A stretch of DNA of 64,000 nucleotides from Nymphaea colorata (lineage: Eukaryota): assembly GCF_008831285.2 (NCBI RefSeq), contig NC_045138.2:37200001-37264000 (forward strand), read 5' to 3'. Positions 51,371 through 64,000 of the stretch are shown here, one piece after another; position 1 is the first letter of the stretch; each line of letters begins with the position of its first letter. Under the pieces are notes generated by a model that was not told the origin of the DNA, did not search any database, and worked only from the letters and a program-made list of their open reading frames with translations. A program made the translations under genes and the position numbers.

Positions 51371-52966
51371 AAGTTTTTACTGTTATTTAAATGGTTTTAT
51401 CCATTTTACTGTTATTTGATGTGTTAGTGATGCATTTTCAGTTGGATTCCTATAATTGTTATTCACTCATCTAAATTATAAACGGTACTTCGTATGGTGA
51501 AAAAAACTAATTAAATACGAATTACAGTATTGATATTATGTGATTTTCTTTTAGATGTTTTCAACATTTTCTATGCTTGATTATGTGCTCCCTTCTAGAG
51601 TTTGACTTGGAAGCTTTAGGACAAGAGCATATACACAGGTCCGTATGAATAAATGCACTGGAGCGTGCGAGTGTCCACTAGATTCAAACTAATCCAAGTC
51701 GGGTCCTGCCATTACGAACCCGATGTAGTCGGGGTTTTTGCGTAATTTGAACTTGGGTGAGAACTCAAAAATTCATATTTACATTTTTTTTTTTTTTTTT
51801 TTTGGCCTTATCGGATCTCAGTCGATTATGCGACCCAGATTCAGGTTTGATCAGGTAAAGTGAACTGATCATATTAATTGAGACAGTGTCAGAGACAAGC
51901 TAAAGCTGAAACATGAGTCAGGTCACTTTTAACTAAGTTCACAGCCCATGACTTCTGCTCCTCTCTACAGTTTTGCACCAGAGAGCCCTTTTTTATTTTA
52001 TGGACCCAGTGGGTTCGCCGCTGGAAAGTGAAACCTGGACTGATCAGGACGTGATCTGTCTCTTGAGTCATATTAAATTTAGTCCATTTGTTTAAAAATT
52101 CATTAAAACTAAGCAGTAGCTAGGATTTAAGCTGAACCATTTAACTTCGGATAGTTTTATAATTATTGTTTTATAATTCTATTATCAAAGTATAAAAGGG
52201 TAGTTTCACCAAAAATTGTGTCATTTTCTATATTTTATTTCTCTCTCTCTCTTTTTTTTTGGTGTTGAAAAAATGTGTCCAAATCTTAACAACAAAGAGA
52301 GAGTAGCTACATTTTGGATGTCAAATTCTTAATTTAAGCTTTCATAATGTACTTTGCATCAGTCAGAGTCAAATTTTTTTATGAGGGACACCCAATTAAA
52401 GTTTTTAAATTTTGATTAGGACCGAAATATCATTTTTTCAAAAGTTTTTATATAAGACAAGTGAAATTTTGTAAAAAACATATGAATTTAAAAAAAAAAT
52501 TGGGGTGGGTCTAGGGTCCAAGTGGGCCATACCTTACTCCGCCCCTAACACTGGCATTAGAATGAATATATATCCAAATGAAGTTCCATACGTTATTTTG
52601 CACTAATTTTATGAGCCATTGATTTGAAAAAGGTCATATGGTAGAGATTAAGTTCAAGAAAATCAAAACCTAATTGTATTTTTAAGAGACTAAAGTACCC
52701 TTCAAAGACACAAAAAAAAATTCAATTAAAGAAACTTATGTGTTTCAGTTTTTTGAAAGTGCAACTGATTTTTTTTTCAACTTAAATTTACTTAAAATCA
52801 AGGAACTTAAACAATTCCCATCAAATGTGACATATGAGGGTTTGACAGTTACCTATTTTCATGTCAGATGATCATGGTTCCTTTCATTTTCATTTTGGTT
52901 ACAGAGAACTAAGAACCTTTCCTTTCGTGCTCTTTTATTCAGATCTATTCTTTCATTCTATACAAG

Positions 52967-53152
52967 CAGGAGCAGAGCCAGGATTTTTTTTAGGAGCGGG
53001 GCCGAAAGTCCAACTTCTAAATTCGAGTAGGGCCAAATTGAATTCAAATATAAAAAATACATGGTGCAATTAAAAAATTTTATTTTTTTAATGTAATTTT
53101 ATTTTCATTGGTAGCCATGTAGGCTGGCCCTCTCCTCCCTCCGCCGCCCCTG
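52967..53152. mobile_element. Short hAT-type MITE (CAGGGGCGG-like TIR family)
   Basis: Ends CAGGAGCAGAGCC...CCGCCGCCCCTG; 8-bp TSD TATACAAG/CATACAAG. Confidence 0.75.
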
Positions 53153-53795
53153 CATACAAGCATACAAGCTTTTAGAAAAAAGATCGATTTCTTTTTGTAG
53201 TTGGATCTGTTTTCCATTAGATTTTAACGCGGGGCTCACGATTAAACCCCACCTCAGAAAAACGAATCCGCTCAACTCCCGGAAAAACCAGATTCTCTCG
53301 CCGTGAACGACACAAAATGCACACGAAAATCAGGCAACACGCCAGGTCTGGGCGCCCACATTTCAAGCCCAGAAAGATTTAGAAACAAGGCAGTTCGTCG
53401 GATATTCTAATCCAAATTCAAACGTAAAGATTCTAAGCAAGCCCACATTTAATGCTGGTTCTGCAGGTCGCCATATCAACTATATTTTTTTAAACAATAT
53501 TTATGGTTGAATATGCGTTTGTTTCGCTTCTCATTTCTCGAATCATTTTTGTTTATTCCACATTGATAGTAATTAACCTAACGACTCATGAAACTCTTGA
53601 AATAAAAATGTCTCCTGGTTTTGTTAGCAAGGGACAGATGGGTCGATGACCATGTTCAATAAGTTAAAAGATCTGTATTATATGATGACTTGATTGGATT
53701 ATCAAGTCAGCTTGCCGAATCGAAAAAACATTTAGCTCGCAATCTGTATCTTACGGGCTGAGAAGGACTCCACTCGTCCGGTAGGTGGATTTGTG

Positions 53796-53798
<3 letters not shown>

Positions 53799-53882
<84 letters not shown>
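53799..53882. repeat. Compound (CT)n(AT)n microsatellite
   Basis: Read directly from the sequence. Confidence 0.95.
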
Positions 53883-53885
<3 letters not shown>

Positions 53886-56041
53886 AAGATAAACATTCAA
53901 GAACATTTCTTACAAATCTAGCACGTAAGGGTCTCTCTCTCACTCTTTCTTTTATATATATATATATAATTTAGATTATTGGGGTGCAAACTATTTGCTA
54001 ATAGTTGAGCTACCTTGAGGTTGGTGTGGAAACTGCACATGCCAGCCTGTGCGAACCCCGATAAATGTTTTATTGTGATGACATTGACTTAAATTTGGGC
54101 CTATGCGGTGCCCACACCAGACCCAAGCGTGTGCCCGCAGGCCTACATGGATCCGGCCCATTGGGACAATTGAATGGATTATGGCTTTTCAATAAAAATT
54201 TTATGGCTCCACCATTGAAAGAGTGATCTAATGCGATCGCAGGGTTACTCTCACTAGCAAAGACATAAATTTTGAATGTTAATGTTTCAAGGGGCACCTA
54301 TAAAGCAAATATATGAAATTATTAACATAAAAATAGGTAAAGTTTGTGAGGCTGGTGTGGGCAACTGCCCACGCTACCCACTATGTGGTTCCGATAGCTG
54401 GCAGCAATGATGTGGCGGCTTCGGATTCGACTTGACCATGATCCTGATGATCGAATAAGGCGCAACTTTCTTTTATGTGGAGGAAAACTGTTGATCTATC
54501 TTATGTCGCTACCTGCAAAATCAACTTTATAACGCCAATAATATCACCGGCCACCTTACCTTTCATGTGTACACTATACACCAGAGCTTACTCACTCAGT
54601 ATTGAACATAGCGTGAGCACCCCACCCCACAATAAAGGACTGGGGACCTTACTCCTTGGAAATGCATGAGCTGCCTTCTTTGAGTAACGTCTCAATTAAT
54701 ATATACAGCCATGGAACAAAGAGAGAGGTTTTTAATGCGTCCAAGGAGACCAGCTCAAACTTACAAGGCGTCTCTGTCATTCCCCAAGGGAAAGAAAACG
54801 AACTCTCTCAGAGACCAACGAAAGCAAAGGTGAATAGTTAAAAAAAAAAAAAGGGAGGCAAAACCCAAAGAAGAAGAAGGAGGCGACAATCTCGGGCCAC
54901 CGTCCCTCGTTTAGCAAATAAAGGAATAAGTAGGGGGTGATGCGAATAAATCTTTTTTCCTGTAGGTATCGGTTAACTTTCCCTTCCGCCATGCAGAAAA
55001 AGGCAAAGAAGCACCGTTTCCTTTGCTTTTTCTCTTTTCAGTTCCCCTCTCCCTTAAAAATTGCTTCCCCTTTTTGTCGTCTTGTGGGGAACCCCTTCGG
55101 TCAAAGGCCCCCGAATTGACCGTTCCACAAAATCTGAGCCCCCCTGGGCCTCTCTCTCTATCTGTCTTTCTTTTTCTTTCTTTGAGGGAGTTGTTGAGCC
55201 TAGAGCGAACCCAGCCAAGATGGTAGGTGCTGATGGGCTCGCACCCGGCTCGTTTCAGACTGGGTGAAACAGAGTGGACCAAGTTGACTAGGTTCTTGAC
55301 CGGGGTTTCGTTCTAGTGAGACACATTCTCTCTCTATCTCTCTCTCTCTTCATCGGCAAGTGCATTGAAGGCGTCCACGAGGGACGGGCAAGGGTGCATG
55401 TGCGGACTGGCAGTCACGGCTTTCCCTTCCTTTGGATGGAAGTGCACCAACTGCACATCGCCCATGTGAACACCTCTCTCTCTCTCTTATATTTTATTTT
55501 AATATGTATATGCATACATATATTTTTATTTATGCCGCTCCTTGTTCTGTGTTTTTAATAAGTATTTTGTGCACAAAGATCCATATAGCAAAGCTGACAC
55601 ACAACAGGCCCTCTCTTACCACTTGCATCTTCCCCCCTCAAAAAGACTGGCCCTCACATCTCTCTCTACATTGCCTCTGACTGCTCATCTCTCCTTCTCT
55701 CTCTATCTGCCTCTTACAAACAAGAAGCATCTTTCTCCATTATCAAAATACTCACCATCTCTCTCTCTCTCTTCTCTCTTCTCTTTCTGCGTCGTGTTCC
55801 CCCTCTGTCTTTCTCTCTTTCTTTCTGTAAACCGATGTGGAATAGAGAAACAATCGATGACGTTTGGTAAAACCAAGGAAGCAATGATATCTCCGAGCTG
55901 TTCCTCGCTCTCCCCACCTTGGTAAGCGAGAGGGGTTGCAGGCAGAGCCACTGCTTCACCAGGGCGAGCGAGAGAGAGAAGAGTGGTGGGGTGGGGAGTG
56001 TGTCGAGACCCATGAGCGGTGGCGTCGTGTGATGGGCGGTG

Positions 56042-58372
56042 ATGACGATGACGATCACGGAAGCAGAGAGAGCGACGTCGCACCATCACCACCACCATCA
56101 CCACCGGACGAGCGGTAGCGAGCTCTTCGTCTGCTTCACGTCCCGCGGCTCCTCCTCCTCCTCCTCCTCCGCCTCCATGATGAAGCTTGCCTCCTCCTCT
56201 TCCTCCTCGGCGAAGGCGTCGATCCTCAGCCCCGGCAGGTCCGACAAGCTCAGGGAGGCCCCCGCCAGCAGGCGGCTCAAGGCCAGCGGCAGCATCAAGG
56301 GTCAGTCGAGCCCCATGCTCTTCGCCACCGGCAAGAAGAGGAACGGCTCCGGCTTCGAGACCCAAGAGCCCACCTCCCCTAAGGTTACGTGCATCGGCCA
56401 GGTGAGGGTGAAGACCAAGCAAGGGAAGAAGAAGATGAGGGTCGGGAGAGGCGGAGAGGCGAGCAGCTTCTCCAAGAGAGAGCACCACCCGCACGAAGAG
56501 TGCCTCCCCCACAGGACTCAACGATGGAGTCACATCTTTTGCTTCAAAAAGGAGATCTCTTTCAGTATCTGTGAGGCCATCAGGGAGTTCACTTGTTTCT
56601 TGCCCTGTACTAGTGGTGGAGACGGTGGTGGTCACGGCGAGAGGTCGTCAGCGACTTCGCCGGCGGCGGTAAGGGACGATGGCAAGGAGAGGGACGGCGT
56701 GTCGACGGCTTGCGGAGCGGTGTTTGCTAAGTGGCTGATGGTTTTGCAGGATGGTGACGAGAAGAGGTTGAGGGAGGAGGTGCCTCTCACAGGTGATGGT
56801 CGTGCTGCGTCTGCTGCGCAGGCGGTGGTGGTGCTGCAGGATGAGGAAGAGGAGATCGGAGGGAAGTGCACGAGGGCAGAGGAGGAAATGGGCAGAGAGA
56901 TGGAGGCTTGTTTCAAGGAGAGTAACAAAGAAGAGAAAGGAGATGAAGAAGAAGAGGAGAAGATCGTGGTGCCGCCGAAGAATGCTCTGTTGCTGATGAG
57001 GTGTAGATCTGATCCGGTGAGAATGGCAGCTCTAGCTAGCAGATTCTGGGAGTCTCCTGTTGTTGCCAGGCCGCATGTAGAAGATGAGGAAGAAGACGAG
57101 GAAGAGGACGACGAAGAGGACGACGAAGAGGAAGAAGAGGACTATGAGGACGTTGTGGAAGAGAGGAAGGATGATGAGGCAGAGGGGATGCTCGACAGAA
57201 TGGAAGAGGAAGATGAGATAATGACATTGGCGAAGGAGGAAAGAGAAACGAATGAAGAGGAGGAGGAGGAGGAGGAGGTTGAAGAGGAGGAAGAGGATGC
57301 TGATGTATTTGTAGATCTTGAAACGCAAGAAGAAAATGAACTTAAAGGAGAAGTGGATGAGGAAAGAGAAGATGGAGAAAAGGAAATTGAAGAGGAGAAA
57401 GAAGAGGGGGAGCAAGAGAAGGAAAAAGAAGAAGATCTAGTGATCGTGGAAGAGGAAAAGGGTGAGCTGAACGTGGTCATACAAGAAATATCTTCGGAGG
57501 CTAAAGAAGAAGATGGCGGTCAGCTTTTAGATAAAATAGAGCCAAGTGAAGTCCTTTTGGAAGAAAGAAAAGACGAAGGTGAAGAGACAGAGGTGGAGAA
57601 GGAGAATCCAGGGGAAGAGCTTTCCCAAATAAGTGTTTCCCCGGAAAGTGAAGATGAAGCTCCCGTTACAAGCTTGGAGAAAGAAGAACAATGCAAGGAT
57701 CATCCTCTAGACAAAGAGGAACCACGGCAAAGCACCGGCCAACGAGAGGAACAAAAGAAAAAAGAAACAGGGGACTTCCACCAAGCTGTTTCTGTCTTGG
57801 CACATCAAGAAGAGGCAGCGGCAGACAAAGGAGGAGAAGAACAAGAAGAGGATAAGTATCCGAGCAACAAACTCCAACTCCAGGAGTTTAGAGGGGATGA
57901 AAAGAAGAGAGAGAGGAAGGAAGCGAGAAAGAGAGAGGCTAAAAGAGATGAAGAGAAAGAGGAAGGCGAGGCGCCTCTGCCAGATTGCCTGTTGCTGATG
58001 ATGTACGAGCCAAAACTGTCAATGGAGGTGTCGAAGGAGACGTGGGTGTGCAGCAGAGACTTCGTCTGGCACCGACCGCGACGCCAAGATAGGAAAAAAC
58101 AGCAAGACAAGGGCGCAGAAGAGGAGAAGACGAAGAAACAAGAGGAGAGAGAGACGAAGAAGAGGGTGAGCTTCGAAGAGCGGCCGCAGAAGAAGTCGCC
58201 GTCCATGGCGAAGCTGATCGAGCAGAAGCTGGTGAACGCATACGAGCCGTTCGTTTTGACGAGGTGCAAATCTGAGCCGATGAGGTCGACTTCCTCGGTG
58301 AGCCTTGTGCCGGAGACCTGTTTCTGGAAGACGAGGAAGCTCTACAGGCCGTATCTGGGTATGGGGTTCTGA
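56042..58372 (+). CDS. HCF243: Intronless Glu-rich protein, HCF243-like (~776 aa)
   Basis: Long ORF with conserved blocks SELFVCFTSR, ILSPGR, QEPTSPKVTCIGQVRVK, CGAVFAKWLMVLQ, PPKNALLLMRCRSDP, LPDCLLLMMYEPKLSMEVSKETWVCSRDF and YEPFVLTRCKSEP, separated by poly-His/Ser/Glu tracts. The gene name is from recall. Confidence 0.8.
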   Translation: MTMTITEAERATSHHHHHHHHRTSGSELFVCFTSRGSSSSSSSASMMKLASSSSSSAKASILSPGRSDKLREAPASRRLKASGSIKGQSSPMLFATGKKRNGSGFETQEPTSPKVTCIGQVRVKTKQGKKKMRVGRGGEASSFSKREHHPHEECLPHRTQRWSHIFCFKKEISFSICEAIREFTCFLPCTSGGDGGGHGERSSATSPAAVRDDGKERDGVSTACGAVFAKWLMVLQDGDEKRLREEVPLTGDGRAASAAQAVVVLQDEEEEIGGKCTRAEEEMGREMEACFKESNKEEKGDEEEEEKIVVPPKNALLLMRCRSDPVRMAALASRFWESPVVARPHVEDEEEDEEEDDEEDDEEEEEDYEDVVEERKDDEAEGMLDRMEEEDEIMTLAKEERETNEEEEEEEEVEEEEEDADVFVDLETQEENELKGEVDEEREDGEKEIEEEKEEGEQEKEKEEDLVIVEEEKGELNVVIQEISSEAKEEDGGQLLDKIEPSEVLLEERKDEGEETEVEKENPGEELSQISVSPESEDEAPVTSLEKEEQCKDHPLDKEEPRQSTGQREEQKKKETGDFHQAVSVLAHQEEAAADKGGEEQEEDKYPSNKLQLQEFRGDEKKRERKEARKREAKRDEEKEEGEAPLPDCLLLMMYEPKLSMEVSKETWVCSRDFVWHRPRRQDRKKQQDKGAEEEKTKKQEERETKKRVSFEERPQKKSPSMAKLIEQKLVNAYEPFVLTRCKSEPMRSTSSVSLVPETCFWKTRKLYRPYLGMGF

Positions 58373-60715
58373 AAAAACAGTGGGTGAGTTTCCGGTCGCG
58401 GTTGTCGCCGGGAAGATGGGGTTTTCGTGTAGTTTGCTTTTTTCGGCCCTTTTCTTTTTTAACCTTTGTACATCTTTTCCTCTTCGTTTTTCACCTTTTA
58501 ACGCCCTGTCTCCCTCTTTTAGATGTATTCTTTTACCATCTTTGTTCATTGTAACTCTTTGTTGTGCCTTCTTTTCCCGTCTACCATCTAAAAGGATATT
58601 ATTTGCATCTCTCTCTCTCATCCATATTTCATCATGTTGGTGGACTGAGTGAAAACATAACATAGCTTGTGCGATACCATACTTCACCTAAGTTCTAATG
58701 CAACTTCAATCTCTAGAGGTAGGAGGAACGAAGGGGTCCACAGGTTATCAATTCTTCATGGAATTTTTAATTGGTAAGTTGCATTTTCTATGAACAATCG
58801 AGCTAGACCAGTGATTTGGTTTTTTGTTTCAGGAAGGAGAAGATCAAAATGTCCAAAAGGAGGAGATAGAAAGTCGTTCCATCACCCATGTCTATATTCT
58901 TCAACCTTTATACAGTTTCTCACTCCATCAAAACGATTTCAGTGTTTCCGAACTATACCCACTATGGAGAAAAGAATATTGCATCAAACTATGGAGAGAA
59001 CTGCGTCTCGTTAACGTCTTAAAGCCGGTAAACCCACTATGTGTAACTGGACTGGTGTGGGCTATTGCCTACGCCAGCCCCTTAAATCGAATTGTCGATT
59101 AAGCTGGACATATGTTCAGCTAGATCCAGCCACATATTGTTGACACCAAACCTAAGTCAGTATCCCGCAAGCACTCACTCTTCTAAACAAAATATCAATT
59201 AGTACCAACATTTTCTTGCTCCGCCCTTGGGCCGCAGGATGGCTAATCCCAGGTTTCCACCGGCTTCACAAGACCTAAATGTTTGGATTTGTCCCATATA
59301 TATTTCCCACAGTTCAGTAGAATGTTCCACTGGAACCTAATTTAATGTACATCTGCATCTAACTTTTTTCTCTATTTAAATATATAATGATATATACATT
59401 ATGTTTATCTATTAAATTATATTTAAAATATTTTTTTTATTAGAATCGGGCCGAGCTGACCCTCAAACCTCCTTTTAACACCGTTCGCTGCTCTCTTTAC
59501 TTGAATCTGGTTGCATGCAGTTAGTTAGAACGACCAAGAAAGAGATACGACGTTTTGAGCTTAAGCTTTATTTGGACCAAAGTCGTGTGGATTCTGTGCA
59601 AGAGCTTGTGGTTGTATTCACTTTTCCAGTAGCTTTTCTTGCAGAGAAAGTGCTTAAAATTACTCAACCTCCCAATTTCCAAAGTAATTTAAAATTACTT
59701 AGCTTGAGACATACCCTACATATTTGGGCCACTGGGTCGAGCTCGTCCTTGAAAACTGAACCTAGAGATTTGCATTAAATTTCTACGTATTTCTTTTTTC
59801 ACAACTATATATTAATCTGTTCCTACCCAACTTGTATAATAACTTGGGAATTTCTTTTGATGGTGCGTTACTGTAGATTCAAAATGTTGTTCCTCTTGAC
59901 ATCTTATGCGCTCAGGAATCACGTATCTTGGTTTGCTCGCACCTTCGTTCACCAGAAATAGTTGGATGACAACATATTGTCCCGGCGATTGGCCTGACTC
60001 GGGCCACAGAGTGTCCAATTGGTGGCAAACCCATTGAAGCCAATCGCTGTATTTTTTGCCTTTGTTTGATCTCTTTTATTGTTTTGTTATTATATGTTTA
60101 TTGATTGAGGTAATGGGTACTTAGGATTTGATATTTTGAGGGGTTTATTATGTATACATGCCAAGTGTTTGTTGAATTTGCAAAGAAAACCACGTAGAGG
60201 GAAGTCGGTCATTTGGACCTTTGGGTTTCACCCTAACAAATGGCAGCCTTGAGTGCGTAGGATCTCATGAAAGGCACCCAAGGTGGGCTTGTGCTGCAAG
60301 CACCCACAACCCTCCCTTGAAAGTTCATCTTTTGCTCCATCAATCCACTAAACTGAAAGAAAGAGTAGCAGACGAATGAAAGTTCTGTTTGTTCACAAGC
60401 TCTTGCGGAGTGCAGCTCTTAGAGTAATTAGCCAGAACAAAGATTCATATTTATTTATCTGCGCCTGTAAGTGGCACCAATTAGTAACCTTCCATAACAC
60501 TATTTCAACGACGACGCTGATGTCAAAGATGCTCTGCTGCCAATAATTATTTCTGCCATCTTACAGCAGACTACGGTTTTCGTGACTGATCATCTAATTT
60601 GACCTAATTAATTGTTGGCTCGTCCATTTTTAATTGGTGACTTTAATCTTCATCTGCATGGGCAAAGCCGTGGCTTCATTTCATTCTTTATTTTATTGGT
60701 CTTACTCTTACCATG

Positions 60716-60795
60716 CGTATTGATGTTCTGAGTTCGAACTTCACTACCATTGTTACGTATTGATGTTCTGAGTTCGAACTTCACTACCATTGTTA
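60716..60795. repeat. Perfect 40-bp tandem duplication
   Basis: CGTATTGATGTTCTGAGTTCGAACTTCACTACCATTGTTA twice. Confidence 0.95.
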
Positions 60796-60879
60796 AGTCA
60801 CGAGGAGTACATCCTTGTGTTTTAATATTGTAGTCTGTGGTAGTTTTTGTTTCTTCTTAACTTGAGTTCAGACTTGGCA

Positions 60880-61055
60880 CACTGGCGAAACCAGATACTT
60901 CTAGCTAAGAGGCACTAGTTATAAGATTGTGAATTTTTAGGAGGGACCAATATATAAATGAGAAAAATTTACTATAAAGTATCAATATTAAAATAAGCAG
61001 CATTTTTAATTTGTTCGTCTGCATGGGCAATTGCTCACACATGCCTCCGCCCCTG
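60880..61055. mobile_element. Short hAT-type MITE (CAGGGGCGG-like TIR family)
   Basis: Ends CACTGGCGAAACC...GCCTCCGCCCCTG; flanks ACTTGGCA / ACTTTGGCA. Confidence 0.6.
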
Positions 61056-61590
61056 ACTTTGGCATCGCAGGCTTCCTGGTAAAACTACAAGCATCTTAGT
61101 CCATCTCATACTTCACTAGATTCAGATTCACCAGATTGATCAAGAGTCGCTTCCGCCCTTATGCGTACGCACTGACCAACGCCTTCCTTTATGTATCACG
61201 CCTATGATCCTTGTCATCGTCTATGAATTTCAATAAATTTCCCATTCACTTAGTAAAGAAGACAGTTTACAGAAAGCTCGTTGGCTGCCAACTGGTATCA
61301 ACACATACTGACTATATAGCCGGTTGGTGGAACGAAAATGAACGTAAATTGTACCGTTAAATACTTCTTGAATTTTAAAATTTCCTAACTTCTTGTGACA
61401 TACCCACCTGGCTGACCAAGAGCCCATGCTTCTCGAACTAAGACACAGATCGGCTTTGTTATAGCTAGGTCATGAGTCAGCGACTTAATTGACTCATCTA
61501 CATCTAAGCATCAAGTGAACCTAATGGCTCATTTTGAAACTGATCACTCAAGCTTCTATACTTTGAGTTGAGACACAGACTAGTAATTAG

Positions 61591-61823
61591 TTTAGTCACA
61601 TGGGTACTTTGGTAAGGTCCACATACCCGTATTACCATACCCTTAAAGTGAGTACTTGGACACACTTGGGTACCTTTTAACTCGAAGATGATCCAAACTA
61701 CTTACTTGATTTAATTTGTTCTAATTCAGTTTTCATTCTAGTTTTAAAGTTATTGTTCATTAACATACAATGTTCTTATTTATTTGTTTATTTAATGCTG
61801 CTTTCATTTTGATTTTTTTTGTG

Positions 61824-61869
<46 letters not shown>

Positions 61870-61957
61870 CCCATACCCTCATTTCTTTAAAATTACTGTG
61901 TCCTTACTCGTATCTCTATGCCGGTGCTCGAATCATACTTATAACCATGTAACTTAG
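61591..61957. mobile_element. hAT-type MITE with internal GGTAC/ATACCC motifs and a (CA)n tract
   Basis: Imperfect TIRs TTTAGTCACATGG...CCATGTAACTTAG; 8-bp TSD GTAATTAG/GTAATTAA. Confidence 0.65.
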
Positions 61958-63907
61958 GTAATTAAACTCTCATATTGATGGACATCTTTAACTAGTATTA
62001 CCGGTAGATATTGGAGTCTTCTCAAGCTATTTGTTTATTTTCTTTTAAAAGCATGTGCTCTAGTAAGTTAAGCTATATAAAAGTCTGAAAATTGAACATG
62101 GTTCCAGGAATACTTGTAACTATCCATGGCTAAACTAAACTTAGCGTTCAAATAAAAGAGAACTAAAGTACTGCTTATGTTCCAAAGCAACTGGCGCTGT
62201 CGAGCTTTTGGGATCGGAACCTAAGCACCCAATTCGTACATTAAACTACTCGATTAGTTTGTGATACCACTGTTTAGTACAACGTCCATACCTTTTGAAA
62301 GTCGTTCTCATCATATCGTAATGTGGTTCAGAATGTGTTTAAAAGTTGCATGCAGATTGATTAAATCTGAAACTGAAAACCAAATTAGGATTGGATTCAG
62401 ATATGGATACGGTATAAACTTTTCTTCATTCATATTCAAGTCTGGATATAGTTAAAATTAAGTATGTATTGAATAGACTAATCAAGCTCAGTAAAAAAGT
62501 CAGCAAGTGAATTCGCTACGAACTCCGAAAGCATCAAATGAGCAAAAAACTTCGGATGAAAAGCATTCAAGCACGATAATCTCATAAAAAAGCTAATGGT
62601 TTATGGTTAATTAAGTTTCAAAAGAAGACCTTTTATGGTTAAAAGGAGGAAAGAAAAGAGTGCTTCCAGATCGAAAGCTACACCATTTCCAGCCGCGTTT
62701 GGGAATGTGAACACAAACACAATCTTCCAAAACTCTATGCCAAATAAAGCCTAACTGAAAACATGACCCTCACCCACCCACCTCAGGCGTTAAAAATATT
62801 TATATGTTTAAAATTTGAAAAAAAATTCCAAAATTTATGTACTTGTGTTCCACAGTATCATGTTGTGTTATTTTGCAGTTTTCTTAGGATAAACAGAGAC
62901 AAAAAATGGGGCAATATGGATTCAACATACTGGCCAATCAAATTAATTCTGATATACATCATTATGGTTGGATCCCATGGTCAAATCCAACACCACTTAA
63001 TTAGATTTTTAAGTTCAAAATATAAGAACATGAATTTATTAAGAAAAGCAAATTGCACAACCTCACAGTCATTTACATTCAAACGCTTGAGAAAATTTTA
63101 TTGCTAACATTGGGAAGTGGAACAATCGTGAATTTCCGGTTAGCTAAAATAGTGATAAATCCTATCAATAACATGGGTCCAATAGAAAGTCTGTCGGTTC
63201 CAAGTCTCCAGTGACGATTGATCTAATTAAAATCTTCTTTCAATTGAAAATGATAAGAGAATACGTACGTAGGTCGTTAGAGGGAGTTCAAATAAGGAGA
63301 TACAAATAGTATTATACCATCGAACTATCTTATTTCCTTTATGTGGAGAAGTGCAATTAAGGAACTTAGAGAATATTTCATGAAATTTTTTTAACCCATA
63401 TTTCAGCCTACGAATTGGTCATATCTTGTACAGTCTCTTTAGAAATCCAAATTTGAATCTCGACAAATATAACACAAATATGTGTCTTAGTTCTTTAAGA
63501 AAAAGCAAAATGTCACACCTTATAAATGAGGGCCTTATAACAGTCTTATACAAAAGTTATTCAAAAAATCTTCAAAAGTATATATATACTTGTTTTTCAT
63601 ACTACAAATTTCTATTGCTCGATGTGCAGAATCACATCCTTGTCAGGGCGGTGGTGGGCCGGTGTTGACGGGACTCACGAGAAACGCACAGCCAAAAGGA
63701 CTACTGAATTAGAGAACAAACTATAATGAGAATTCATCCTTCAACGAATTAGCCGATGGCGGAAGTCACGAAGAACGTACCACTGAACCAGTGACCAGCA
63801 GCTCATTATATATATATATAGACATGAGAACTGGTCTCCAAAGAGCTTACGCAGAAACTGCAGTTTCATTTGTTTGGCCTCCCACTTTCTTCCCTTACAG
63901 TGGAGCA

Positions 63908-64000
63908 ATGGACCAGAAAAAGAGCGTCCAAGAGAAGATGATGGAGATCATTGCACAGGCTAACGTGGGGAGTCTTGCCTGCTCCTACATGAAGAGCTAC
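63908..64000 (+). CDS. Possible start of a coding region running off the window (MDQKKSVQEKMMEIIAQANVGSLACSYMKSY...)
   Basis: GCAATGG start context, frame open to the window edge, TA-rich TATA-like tract ~100 bp upstream. Product not recognised. Confidence 0.35.
   Translation, partial: MDQKKSVQEKMMEIIAQANVGSLACSYMKSY

Noticed and set aside
55703..56635. 310-aa minus-strand ORF and other antisense ORFs over 56000-58700
   Set aside because: Shadow frames of the GC-rich, low-complexity HCF243-like CDS, with no recognisable motifs.
50971..60795. Short direct repeats considered as a CRISPR-like array
   Set aside because: Each is a two-copy tandem duplication without unique regular spacers, in a eukaryotic context with no cas genes.

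Overview
Plant nuclear DNA (angiosperm; the ARF3 protein structure suggests an early-diverging lineage such as Nymphaeales, which is an inference). Seven complete protein-coding genes can be reconstructed by hand from GT-AG splice sites and reading-frame continuity: a CER16-like gene (-), an intronless Pro-rich protein (+), a DUF1685 gene (-), a DUF3082 plastid membrane protein gene (-), an ETTIN/ARF3-type auxin response factor with an intact C-terminal PB1 domain (+), a DUF599 gene (+) and an intronless Glu-rich HCF243-like gene (+). An eighth ORF may start at the right edge. Mobile DNA includes a decayed Ty3/gypsy element inside a CER16 intron (5' LTR, PBS, TSD, 3' LTR almost entirely deleted), several hAT-type MITEs with 8-bp TSDs, an L1 LINE 3' relic, and a segment carrying orphan exons of two unrelated genes (ARF GTPase and CCT-gamma). 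The most interesting signals are at the ETT locus: retention of the PB1 domain, two tasiR-ARF sites exactly 210 nt (10 x 21) apart, and a chain of uORFs joined by stop-start overlaps (TGATG, TAATG) that runs into the main AUG. All family assignments come from recalled motifs; no database searches were run.
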